The translations under genes were made by a program, and so were the position numbers. A model generated the notes under the pieces. That model was not told the DNA's origin. It ran no database searches and saw only the letters and a program-made list of their open reading frames with translations. From Convolutriloba macropyga (lineage: Eukaryota), in assembly GCF_964194025.1 (NCBI RefSeq), contig NC_134475.1:26226001-26290000 (forward strand): a DNA stretch of 64,000 nt, written 5' to 3'. Below are positions 1 through 12,059 of the stretch, piece after piece; the stretch's first letter is position 1, and each line of letters starts with the position of its first letter.

Positions 1-2711
1 TTTATTTAAATTGTTAAGTAATGCTAAAATTCAGCAAAGAAACAAAAACAACAGCAAAAATGGGCAATTATGCACAAAAATAACGAATATTTTGTATAAA
101 AACTTGAAGTAACAAAAAGCAAGAAAAACCTTCTGTTAAAACAATCAGCCAAAAGTTTAGTTTGTATTCTATAATGAAGAAAAATTGACGATGCATTTTG
201 TATAATTANNNNNNNNNNNNNNNNNNNNNNNNNNNNNNNNNNNNNNNNNNNNNNNNNNNNNNNNNNNNNNNNNNNNNNNNNNNNNNNNNNNNNNNNNNNN
301 NNNNNNNNNNNNNNNNNNNNNNNNNNNNNNNNNNNNNNNNNNNNNNNNNNNNNNNNNNNNNNNNNNNNNNNNNNNNNNNNNNNNNNNNNNNNNNNNNNNN
401 NNNNNNNNATTGCGTTCTTTTTTTCCTACAAAGAGAACCAAATTTCACCGAAATATTAATAACAAAAATATTTTCAAAATCATATCAGAGGTCGTCTTGT
501 TCATCTCAACATTCTGCTACTGTTATTATAAAAAACTATTATTATACGAGAAGCAAAATTTAGGAAAAAATTTTGAGGAAAATTAATCCAGAGCTGTTAG
601 ATTTTTGTTCCATATCTGCCTCCAATGTAGGAAGCGCAAGACGAAGAACGTAATACAAAAACAGGATAACCTGAATTAAAACAACTCCGCTGGACAATAA
701 TCAATTTCAAGAGAGATGACTTGGCAAATCATCTAAAACGTGACCTTGTTTGCTAAATCTACTAATTGTCTGACATATTTTCGCTAGCATCATTTTAATT
801 TGATTTTTTGTTAGCAAAACTCTAATTATTGAAATGGCCGAGACTCATATCGTGTATCCCCAAGTACAGTCCTTTAGGTTCATTAGGTTTCACTTTTTCT
901 ATGAAAAATTAGATGACCTTTCAATTCAGAGTTAAGCTTCGCAACGCTGATTGAACAATAAACTAAAAAAACTATAATAAAAAATAGGATATTTGCATTT
1001 TTTTCACAATTATCAACGGCTAAGAAACTCAAAATCCGGTCAGCTCACTACCAAACTGCCTGAGCGCAACTTCTATAAGAACTTGAAATTTAAAAGAAAT
1101 CCTGTACAAAAATTATTTAAGGCAGCTTAATATACTATTTAGAGATAAATATTTTTCTACTCGAACTTACCACAATTTTTTTACCAACAAAAGATCATTT
1201 TTAAGCAAATTTGAACCAATTAGCCTGCAGTGTTGCTCGTTTTCATATACGCTTACAAATCTAATGTCAAAATGTGGATCGTAAAAAAAATCCGATAAAA
1301 TTGATTATTTATACTCGACTTTTCAGAATCATAATGATTGTCGAAGCATCAGACCAAGTGGTCGCTGAAAGCCAATTGCCAGTTTTATGGCACCACTAAG
1401 AGAATTTTTGTTAATCTGCCCTGAATAGGAGAAACTGATAAACATGGAATATACAGATGTAACTAAAATTGTAGGTATTTCACAATGTTGCCCCGCCCCC
1501 TTTTAATGCTAATGAATAGCTATAATATTGTTGGGGAGTATAATGTGAAACACCAATGAAGTTTTAAAAACAAGTGAAGTTTGGTTAAAAGTTTTTCGTT
1601 GAAAAAAATATTACCTGAAAAAATTGCATGATTCATTTGGTGTAAAAAGTTCACATAGAAGTGTAACTCTGGTATATAAAGTTTTTCGCTATCTGAAGCC
1701 TCATTAAAAAACCTTTCTTTCAGTTAAAATTAAATGGAGGGGGATTGGCGAAGGGATTATGGGAAATGGACCTGGGTGAGCGTGAAAGCTGTTAAAATTG
1801 TGCCTTAATACCCTCCATAAGGTGATAACCCCGCAAGCACCCATAAACGTTCCCCTAAACACCCGGTGGCTTCGTCTTATTCTTAATCTCTGACCACCCC
1901 ATCTTCAGACCACCCCATCTTCAGATGTCTATAGTTGTACGGAACGTTATTGTAGGCAGGTACCCTGAAGTAATAACGAGCTTAAAAAACAGCATGAACA
2001 GCCCCTCCTCTGGCTCACGCAACTATACTTGCCTCCCATTCTCCCTCATACAACGAACGCGGATTTTCGCATGGAATTGAAGTTGCGTGTGAGGTAAACC
2101 GAAATTCCATGAGAAAATATCCGAAAGATGCGAGCTCACACAAAAGGTCGTATGCTTTTACATGAGAAATTACACGAAAAGTCGTGCAGGCTATTCCGAG
2201 CGAACAATAACTAATATTGCAATGTACTCGTAGTGACCTCTGTCCACAAAAACCGCCTGATTCCATGTGACTTTTTCTCTGATCCCACATGCATAAAAAT
2301 TAGAGCACTTCTTTTTTTAAAGGAAAAGTAAAGTAACAAGCATTACCGTTAGCTTAGATACGTACAAGCTCGAAAATATCAATTAACCAATCTTGATTTG
2401 TTGAGTTATTTATAGTTATTTATTATATACTAAATACGGCTCTTTTCTCCCCACGTCCATTTCCACCCCCGCCCCCACTTATACATGTTATAGCATATTG
2501 GTTGCGTATCATACACTAACATATACAATTATACCCAAACGGCATTTACAATTTAATTATGCAGCGAAGTTTTGAAATTAAGACGTATATAAAGTAATTG
2601 AACTTTGCTAAAAAAGTAAGCAGGCAAAGTAAAATCCCTGATTTTAAAACTTCTGCGCTTTTCTATCACAGTAATAGCTTTCTGCTACTAATTTTTTTGA
2701 CAACCTGAAAC

Positions 2712-3602
2712 TGTTGCGGTCTGACATTTAGATCTCGTTATCTTAAAAATTACAAGTCCGATTTAGATCATTCTTTTTCATATGCTATATTGTAGACTAG
2801 TGCTAGTCACTGCCAAGTTTGCTCAAATTTGAATCATTACTGTGGGAGAAATATACATTTGAAAATTTTCCCAATGTATTAAGATTGCTTGTAGAAACTA
2901 AAAGGTAGCTCTTCTTCACCCCTTTGAGATAGAATCCTTTTTTTTCAATCACAATGTTCATCTTACAATTCTCTATTGACTCCTAAAATTGGGTTTTGAT
3001 ATCTTTTTTAGTTTGTGAGTTATTGTGAAAAAACCATATGTTTTAGCCCCAATTTGGACAAAGCTGAAATTTTGAAAATTTGTTATTTATTTCATATTAC
3101 CTTAATTGTACTTGTTTATTAATTATGTACTCAAAACTCAACTAGTATGGTGCTATTTGATCTGTTTTAATTTTATTTCCTCATTTTACGTACACCTTCT
3201 TCATATATTTGCCAGTATTAAATTTATTCAAGTAATAGTGTTTCCTGAACGAAAGCTTGTTTTTGATTTTAAAAAAACGGAAATGCAGGTAACTTACAAG
3301 AAGACTCTATTGATTCTTGACAGAAAAGCTCTGAAATGTATGTACCAAATTTTAAATAGTATATGGTTTTGCTTTCATTGATATTTAGTGAACATATATC
3401 CATTTAAATATTACGCATGCTTTGTTTAACTTTATATTTTATGCCTTTATAACTTGAATTGGACAATAAGACAAGAAATTAACCTCCTCATAATACAGTC
3501 ATTTCTGTCCTTACTTCTTTGAGAAAGGAATGAACAATGCGAATAGGGCGGCCAGTAAACTTTGTTGAATAATATGTTGATAACCTAAGATAGGCCCAAA
3601 CA
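2712..3602 (+). repeat. 5' LTR of BEL/Pao element
   Basis: TG...CA termini; aligns colinearly with 6811-7580. Confidence 0.85.
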
Positions 3603-3604
3603 TT

Positions 3605-3621
3605 TGGTCCGCCGACCCGGA
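3605..3621 (+). promoter_or_regulatory. Primer-binding site (tRNA-Tyr-like)
   Basis: TGGTCCGCCGACCCGGA 2 nt after the LTR end; 3 mismatches to the complement of the typical eukaryotic tRNA-Tyr 3' end (TGGTCCTTCGAGCCGGA). Confidence 0.6.
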
Positions 3622-4759
3622 CAACATCGAAAATGTTTCAAAGAAAGCAACAAAGTCCCTCTGGAGCGCAAAATGGTGGCATATCTCATCAATCAACTGG
3701 TTTTGAAAGGGTGGAAGATGTGGAATACCATTATCAAATTGACAATGAAATACGAAAAAAAACTTAATGATCTTCAAATGAGAAGATCAGAATTCAGAAG
3801 ACAATTTGGATAAAAAGAGCAGCGAGCATTAAACACAAATTTTGATAAATATCTTGCCCTCGAAGAGAGAATTGTTGAAGAGATGAAACATTACAGCACA
3901 CACATCTCACCAAAGCTTAAGGCAGATCTGCAAGAGAAACAAAGAAATTTGTCTTTGAAAAGAAAAGAACTTCTGGCATTGTGGGACCAGGAGAAGAATT
4001 CAACGGAGACGTCAAAGTCATTGGATGTTAACAAAGAAGCAATACCTTAACTCGTCTCATCAGTAAATGGAGCCGAAGAGGAAGCAAAACATAATCTTGA
4101 GCCAACTCTGAACACCAGCGCAACTGAGACACAAACCGATCAGCCAAAATCGAAAGATGTCTTGCCCGATGTTTCAACGGAAGAAGATTTGAAACACAAA
4201 GAAGCGTGAGCTGAAAAAATGCCACGTGCAACTGGAGCTTGAATATTATATGCAGAAGTGAAAAACTGAGCAGGAAAGACAAGCTCGAGAGAATGACGAG
4301 CAATTGAGACAACTCGAGGAGCAGAAGGCAATCGAAATGCTGAAACTCGACATTGACCTTGACGAAGAGGACGACATTCATCCTTAAAATTCGGAACAAC
4401 CAATTTACCACATAGTGGAGACTTACTGGGCAATATCAGTGGCAGTAACGATGAAGACCATTTGGGCGAAAACAAAAAATTTTTTCGAGCACAGGATGAA
4501 AATAAAGAAAATGCAAAAGATATTGCAGCCTCACCTCAGCGGAAATCAGTAAGAGCTGGCTCAGATCACTGATGTCACAAGGCAAGTCTCGGAGAGACGG
4601 CATATTTAACAGTGCTCCAGTCAGACACCTTGTGTGAACAGTGAGCTCAAACCAAGGGCAGCATAGTAAGTTTGAGATTTTTGATACTTCGCAATCAAGT
4701 CCGAAACACGGCTTTAATGAGTCTGACATGTACCATATAAGTTCCGCAGTTAAACGCAC

Positions 4760-5672
4760 TTTACGAAAAATTAAGTTAAACAAATATAATGGCGATCCCC
4801 TTGATTATTGGCCCTAATGGAGTGGCAAGTTTCTGTCAACCGTTGATCGTAGTACTATACAAGACGATGAAAAAATGACGCATTTAAAAACGCTGTTAAC
4901 TGGGCCGGCCATTGAGTGCTGGCTGCTATGGGTTATTCTGAAGTTTTGTGCGGCACGGCTTGGAAATTGCTTGAGAAAAACTTTGGTCAGCCGCACTTGA
5001 TAATAGGATCGCAATTGACTAAAATTCAAAACGGCCCATAATTATGGCCGTATAATAGTGCGAGTTTTATTGTTTTTGTTGACGGAGTCGGAAAATTTGT
5101 AAACGTTCCGCAACAATCGGCTACAGCAACGATTTGTTTTCAACAAGTAATCTATACATGATAGTTATTAAACAATCTGCAGATAAATAACCAAAGCCAA
5201 ATCTGATTGAATTGAACGAATGGCTACAAAAAGAATCTTTAGTTCAAGTGCGAAAGAAAATTGCAGCAAAAAGCAATTTTTAGAAAATTCGTATAGAGGA
5301 AGACAAAATCTTGTCAGATCAAGTAGAGCTCATCAAAAAACTCCACTTTTACTAACGATAGAAAGACATGATTTCCGAGATGCCCTCTCGATAACGGAGA
5401 TCTTCCACTTTGGAAGTGTAATAAATTCAAAAAAACTTTCTATCGCAGAACAGTCGGCAGCGGTGAAACAAGTTAACCTCTGTTTCAAATGCTTTACTGG
5501 AAAGCATTGCGCCAGAGATTGCAATTCGAAGCTCAAATGCGGAATAGACGGCTGTGAAATAAATCACAATCACATGTTACACAACAGACCAACTGTGAGA
5601 CATGAGATAATCCAGTCACCAGATCAAATAAGTAAAACCATACCAGCAAATGAGACTCGAACACATAATTGA
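4760..5672 (+). pseudogene. BEL/Pao gag remnant (DUF1759-like region + Cys/His zinc knuckles)
   Basis: Translates to ...KYNGDPLDYWP*WSGKFLSTVDRSTIQDDEKMTHLKTLLTGPA... and LCFKCFTGKHCARDCNSKLKCGIDGCEINHNHMLH; stops and frameshifts present. Confidence 0.85.
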
Positions 5673-5739
5673 GCTAAGTAAACCTTGTCTTCATTCATTG
5701 TGAATGAGACTGAAGAGAATCGATTCGAAAGACGTAAAA

Positions 5740-6780
5740 GTGATTCTTGGTCAAGATGCTTACTACCAGATAAGACCTTTAGAGTACAAATATTGTGGGA
5801 ATAATTCTCCATGGGCAGTAAAGATTCCGTTAAGTTGAACGCTAAGTGGTCCACTCCAAATTGTGAAAGGACAGAGAGCAGTTTCCTAAGCGACGATAGC
5901 CAAAATAATCAAGAGCTAACAGAAATTGTGAAAATATGGTGGAAAATCGAATCCTACGGCACATTTTAAGTAAACAGCAGCACACTTGAAGATAAAAAGT
6001 CTCCTGAACAACTAGAGAAGCAACTTTGAAGTTACCAGCACGTTTTCGAGTTCAATTGCTTTTTACAGAAAAAGAACAAAACCTTGATTGTATTATTTCT
6101 TCAACCCTAAGACCATTACGATCGCTCGAACGAAGATTAACAAAAAACGAGTCTATGAAATTGAAATATTGAGCAATAGTATCGAGTATGGGAGTTAGTT
6201 GAGAGAAAAAATTACATGGAAGAAAAAGCATCAATGAAAAAAGGAGACTCTATCAAAATGCAACAGTAAAATTGAATCCCTGAATCCGTTTATGAGCGAA
6301 AATCTACTACGAGCAAAAAGTCAACTTAGACATGCAAACCTGTTTCGGAGAAAAACATCTTGTTATATTACCACGTTCTCATTCAGCAGTTCAATTATAT
6401 CTCGAGTTTTGACATAAGCACAATCATCACCAATGTGTTGAACATATAAGAGCTGAAATTCAAAGAAAGCTTTGGGTAACTGGTCTAAGAAACGCACTGA
6501 GATCCGTTAAACCTCGATGTCTACACTGTAAATTGAAGAGAAACAAAACATCAATGAAAATGATGTCAGGTTTACTAATAGTCAGAATAGAAGATAATGT
6601 AACACCGTTCACGGACAGCGGAGAAGACTACTTTGGACCGTTTTCAATTAAATCTTTTCGGAGAACAGTGAAAAGATGTATTTGTCTTGTCACGTATCAT
6701 AGTGTATGAGCAGTGCATTTGGAGATTGTTGAATCACTGGACACACAGTCTTGCCTGGATGCTGTTCATCGTTTCATTAT
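5740..6780 (+). pseudogene. BEL/Pao pol remnant: protease C-terminal part joined to integrase Zn-finger and partial core
   Basis: ILGQDAYYQIRPLEY...TLSGPL, WKIESYG; then HKHNHHQCVEHIRAEIQRKLWVTGLRNALRSVKPRCLHC (HHCC), DYFGPF, AVHLEIVESLDTQSCLDAVHRFI. Confidence 0.85.
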
Positions 6781-6810
6781 GTTATATTATATTATCTTAT
6801 ATAATCTTAA

Positions 6811-7580
6811 AATCTCATTATCTTAAAAACTACATGTCCGGTTTAGTTCATTCTTTTCCATATGCTAAATTGTAGACCCGTGCTGCCAAGTTTTCAAATT
6901 TGAATCATTAGTGTGGGTGCTATTTACATTTGAAAATTTTTCCCATATATTAAGATTGCATATAGAAATTAGAAGGTAGCTCTTTTTCACCCCTTTTGAG
7001 GTAGAATCCTCTTTTTCATTCACAATGTGTATCTTACAATTCTCTATCGACTCCTAAAATTTGCTATTTAGTTCATATTACCTTAATTGTACTTATTTAA
7101 TAATTGTGTGCTCAACACTCAGCTATTATAGTGCTATTTCATCTGTTTCAATTACATTTGGAAATTTTACGTACAGCTTCTTCATATATTTACCAGTATT
7201 ACATTTTTTTCAAGTAAAATTGTTTCCTGTACGAAAGCTTGTATTTGATTTTTAAAAAAAAACGGAAATGCAGTTAACTTAAAAGAAGATACTAGTGATT
7301 CTTGTCATAAAAGCTCTGAAGTTTATGTAACATTTAAAAAACGATTTGGTTTTGCTTCCATTGATATTTAGTGAACATAAATCTATTTAAATATTAAGCA
7401 CGCTTTGTTTAACCTTATATTTTATGCCTTTATAACTTGCTTTGTACAACAAGAATTTAACCGTCTCATAATACAGTCATTTCCATTTTTTCTACTTTGA
7501 AAGAGAAATTAACAACGCGAACAGAGCGGCCTTTAAACTTAGTTGAATATTTTACCGATAACCTAAGATAGGCCCAAACA
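6811..7580 (+). repeat. 3' LTR of BEL/Pao element (5'-truncated, about 90-bp internal deletion)
   Basis: Colinear with 2731-3602 except 2991-3080, which is missing between AAAATT microhomologies. Confidence 0.85.
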
Positions 7581-9336
7581 TGTAACAAAAATTCATCCAT
7601 TCGTCTACCGTTAACAGCACTTTGTTATGACTAAAATAATGGATTTCTAAGGACCAAAATACATATTTTGGGGGGCAAAGGGACTGGTTATATAAGGCGG
7701 GGGGCAATAACAGAAAAGAGCCCTAAATACAATGATCCAACTGAAGCTGTCCATTTTTGTTCTTACATATAAAATTAAGATTTGCATACTCCAATATGCT
7801 TATTGTGATATTTTTTTCAAATTGTTTGAGGAAGAAATGATTTATAGTTTGTTTAACGCAACCCGCGCCGAGGCTTCCACCCGTATTCCACCATCATTTA
7901 GCGAAAATGAGAGTGGAACGCAAGTTCCACTCTGAATTAGCAGGGAAACGAGTGTAACAGTGTAATTTAAGAGAGTAATTTAGAGTGTAAAACACTAATT
8001 GGTGTAAAAAAATCACCACAGCTGTCATAGTTCCAACTTAAATTTCAAACTTTAATTCTCCTGTTAATTTGACGAATTGTGCTTTGTATCTTTCACCAGT
8101 TAAATTTTGCAGGAGTATTCTACTGAATGATAGATTAATTGAAAGCTCTATTGATTTGTAGACGACACTCCAAAGAGGATTTCAATCCTCACGAGATATA
8201 GTGACCAAATTGCAGTCGCTATTTTACTGAAAACCGAATTCAGATAGTTTTCAGACTTTAACTTCGTATATCAATTTGCGTACCTAGCGGTGACTTACAA
8301 TGCGTTTGTGTAAACCAATATGTTTTTGCACTGATTATGATTAATTTGGTCAGGGTATGCCATACCAGTTATTAACTATACAGCGCTGGTTATTACGTTT
8401 TGATAACATTTAATTTTCTATGGGGCCAGGGCGTGAAAGAGATTGCCATTTTAACTGTATAAAAAATTTCCTCAATTTATTTCCTTTAATTTGTTTCCCC
8501 GCTATTTTAATTTCCTTCTCCAGTTTTTGCTAATTTGTTCACACCGACATAAGAGATAAAGAGATTCTCTGTATTTCAATATCAAGCAGGATAAAAGGCG
8601 CATGGAGGGTAAAACACTATGGTCCAAAAGGAGGAGGGGACAGAGGAGGAAATTGTCGACCTATTTCCCTAGGAGTAATTATTCCAATAGTCATTTCATC
8701 TACAATTTTCTCTTTTTAGCTCTCAACTGCAGTCTCTCCTTAACCCGCTTTTGGGACATATCCTGTGGACAATTGAATAAATCATGCATGAACTTAGCGG
8801 GCAATGCTGTTACTCTTTTTCCGCTTTAGCTCTAATATGCACAAATAGAGATATCATATTTTGCATAATTCAATTTGAAATCAAAATTTTTCAGAACGGT
8901 TGCAATCAAAAACCACTTCACCTGTGAGATCGTTCTGAAAAGCATAAAAATGACATCATTAAGACCAAAGGTGAAGGAACGAACAGAGGTTAACTCCATT
9001 TGCAAAAAGATACATACATTTTGCAATAGAGAGAGGGGGGAGGGGCGTATTGGTATAGTGCAACTCAAATAACATGGCTTGGAAACGCTGGTACCGCTCG
9101 GGAGATCTGATTATGGCATAGTCGCGTTAGGGTCTGATCACAGGCCAGAACCTGTGAATTTGATCCGAATTGATTGTCAATGAAATAACTTCAAGTCAAT
9201 TGAATTATAAAACTGTATAGTAAAATTTAGCATCTTTGACATCTGTGATCCAATGATCTCTCTAACAGACTATTATCCTGCTCTCATGTGAGCGCATTTG
9301 AAAACACTTACTTTGAGTCTTACTTTGTTCTTTTAA

Positions 9337-11896
9337 TTGTTCCGATCGCACTTGTGGGGGGAGGAACTATATACTTAAATGGGTTGTTTTTGTTCAGACA
9401 ATTTTGGTCGATCGATATATTCATTGTAGAGAAATGTGAGTGGTATCATTAAAAATCTCGTCCAGCGTAGAATTCAAAAATTAACAAGATTTTTTTGAAT
9501 TTCGTTTTTTTCGAGGAGTCATCGAGGACTGAAGTTTTATGTGAACACGGGATATTTGGAATGATTTTGCTCACTTTAAGTGTAATTTTTCTTCAAATTA
9601 AAATAGTAATTCAAAATTACATTTCACGCGACAAACTAAATAAATTTTGTGTTCCTAACAGACGAAATGCGATAAAAAAAGACTTCTGGTCTCATAGGAA
9701 AGTTTACAAAAAAATCGAATTCTATTTGAGAACTTTTTTAAGAAAATTATTCATATTTTTTTAAAAAAAGTCACCAAGAGACTAGTCACTTTTCATATCG
9801 AGCTTCAGTTAATGAAAGACGTCATTAGCAATCAAAAGAAGCACTGCAACCAAAATTATTCTGGTAAGCGGTTTTATCTGCTAACTATTGGTTTAGGATT
9901 TCGATAACACGAGTTTTCTTAACTGCCAAAAAATTAATTTTTTTCTTGATTTCGGTTCCTTTTGAAGTCTTATCTCATTATCTTTGTAATAACAGTCTCC
10001 TTTGGCTTAAAAAACGACTTCCAATGGATCATAGATAAAGTTTTTCTAGAAAAGATTATGGTTTAAATGTCTTTAACACTTTCTTCTCAAATTTCTGCTT
10101 TATTTTTTTTGGATTTTGTCTGCCTTTGTCTTTCTTTTCTTAATCCTAATTGTGATGTCTTACTGATAATATATTAATGACAAACATTTTTTCTTCCCAT
10201 CGAGGCATAACGTAGTGTTTTTTTCACTTCCGGTGAAAGCTCTTGAATTTAATGGCTGTTAAGTTTTTTTCTGGACATTAATCAATCTTAAATTTTGATA
10301 TTTTTGTAATTTGGGTTCCCTTTGAAACTTTATTACATTATGAAAACAATGATAGTTCTCAATGATTTGGAAAAAACGTTCAACGGATTAAAGATAAAGT
10401 TGTAAGAGAAAAATTTATGGCTTAAATGGCTTCGACCCTTTTTTGCACATTTCTACAGAATTTTTGGTTTTGACTGTTTTTGTTGTTGCTTTCAAAATCA
10501 TAAGTCTTATTGTGACGTTTGAATGATGACCCTGCTTGTCAAGGCATAGTTTTTTGCAATTATTGATTTCCGTTGAGAGCTTTTGAGTTTAGTGGCTATT
10601 AAGACTTTTAAAAATGGCAGGGCACCTTTCCCTGCCATTAAAAATGGCAGGGCACCTTAAAAATGGCAGGGCACCTTTCCTTTTTATTGCAACTAAAATT
10701 ATTCTATTAAGTAATTTTATCTGCTAACGAATGATTTAATGACTTCGATGCCACGAGTTGTTATAATTTCAAAAAAATCGGACTTCTTTTGTAATTTTGG
10801 TTCCTTTTGAAATTTTATCTCATTATCTTAATATTGGTCGTTCCCACTGCTTTAAAGAAGACGTCCAATGGATCACAGATAAAGTTTTCAGAGAAACGCT
10901 TATGGTCTAATTGGTTTCGACACTTTTTATCTCGCACATTTCTACTAAATTTTTGGTTTTTGTATGTATTCGTTGTTGTTTTCATAATCATAAGACTTAT
11001 TGTGATGTTCTTTTGATGACCTATGATTGACAAACATCAACGTTTTCTCCTTAAGTTAGCGTAGTTTTTGTCTTTTGTTGAAAGCTATTGAAGTCAACGG
11101 CGTTGATATAACGAGTTTCCTTAAAAGTTTCGTGGTTTTATTATATTTGTTCACACTTGTTGATTTTTTGAACTCATATTGTGAAAAAAGAAGAACCCTA
11201 TTGCTGCTAAAAAATTATATGAGATTAGAAAATTTTTTACCACAATTTTTTTTGTCTTCGACATTTTTCTCGCACATTGTTTTTTGAATTTCCTGTTTCT
11301 GCTTTTTTAAAATTCTTCATGTAGGCGTAAAATGCTGACTGGTCTCATAGGCTTCTAATTGAGGTTTGAATGATTGATGTTGCTCAAGCACTCAGTTTAT
11401 AGCGAATAGTATTCAAATTTACATCATTGTTTGTTCTCTAAGATTTTTGTTCAATTTTTGTTGTTTTCGTCAACTTGTAATTTATTCTCATCATTTAGAG
11501 GTTCCATCATATTTCTAGAAGCTCAAAAACTATTTTTCCACTAATATCATATCGCAACTGATGTTTTGTTTGTTTGAGAACATGCGTTTTCATGAAAGTT
11601 TTGTGATTGGTCAATATTTGTGTTTCTTTTTCTCTTCTCAGCACATTCGCAGAAAAATTTTTGTTTTTGCTTATTTACTTGTTTTTTTTTCTCGTAGTCT
11701 TTCTATTGGCAGGTTTGTGAGCACTGTAATAAGGCATGGTTTTATGCAGTTCAATTAGTAGTTCGGTTTTGTAACGATTTTTAAAACAAACATCTATTTT
11801 AACTATCTCATCATTAGGTAGACAATTAAGTCGAAAATGTAGATGAGCTCAGGTCGGAACTTCATGTGCAAACGCACATTAACGAGCATCCTTGAA
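9337..11896 (+). mobile_element. HINE/DINE-1-like non-autonomous Helentron element, copy A
   Basis: 5' GTTCCGATCGC..GGGGGGAGGAACTATATACT plus conserved core; 3' GGTCGGAAC + hairpin ATGTGCAAACGCACAT + CCTTG; degenerate internal tandem repeats. Confidence 0.75.
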
Positions 11897-11968
11897 CTGT
11901 CACTTCAAAATCTCACTCATGGGAAATTGTGACGTGGATAAATAGGACATGAAAATTAACCCACTGAC

Positions 11969-12059
11969 CTCTAATATTTGATCTCCAACTTTGAGTCTGC
12001 CGTCAATGTCAGCAGGACTGTCTCTCATTATCTGTGCAATCATGATCTTGTTCGATATT
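11969..12059 (-). CDS. Internal exon of a PDZ-domain protein (rest of gene not resolved)
   Basis: TTTCAG acceptor; encodes ISNKIMIAQIMRDSPADIDGRLKVGDQILE (PDZ betaC-alphaA-betaD, GRLKVGDQILEV motif); GTCAGT donor. Confidence 0.75.

Larger units (their letters stand above)
2712..7580 (+). mobile_element. Degenerate BEL/Pao LTR retrotransposon, internally deleted (no RT/RNase H)
   Basis: Diverged direct repeats 2712-3602 and about 6811-7580, both ending ...AGATAGGCCCAAACA. 5' LTR starts TGTTG. PBS follows the 5' LTR. Flanks TGAAAC (2706-2711) and TGTAAC (7581-7586) look like a TSD with 1 mismatch. BEL-type gag and integrase remnants lie inside. Confidence 0.9.

Noticed and set aside
169-563. 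ORFs spanning N runs (also 12199-12453) and the CA-repeat ORFs at 14940-15409
   Set aside because: Artefacts of assembly gaps and a microsatellite
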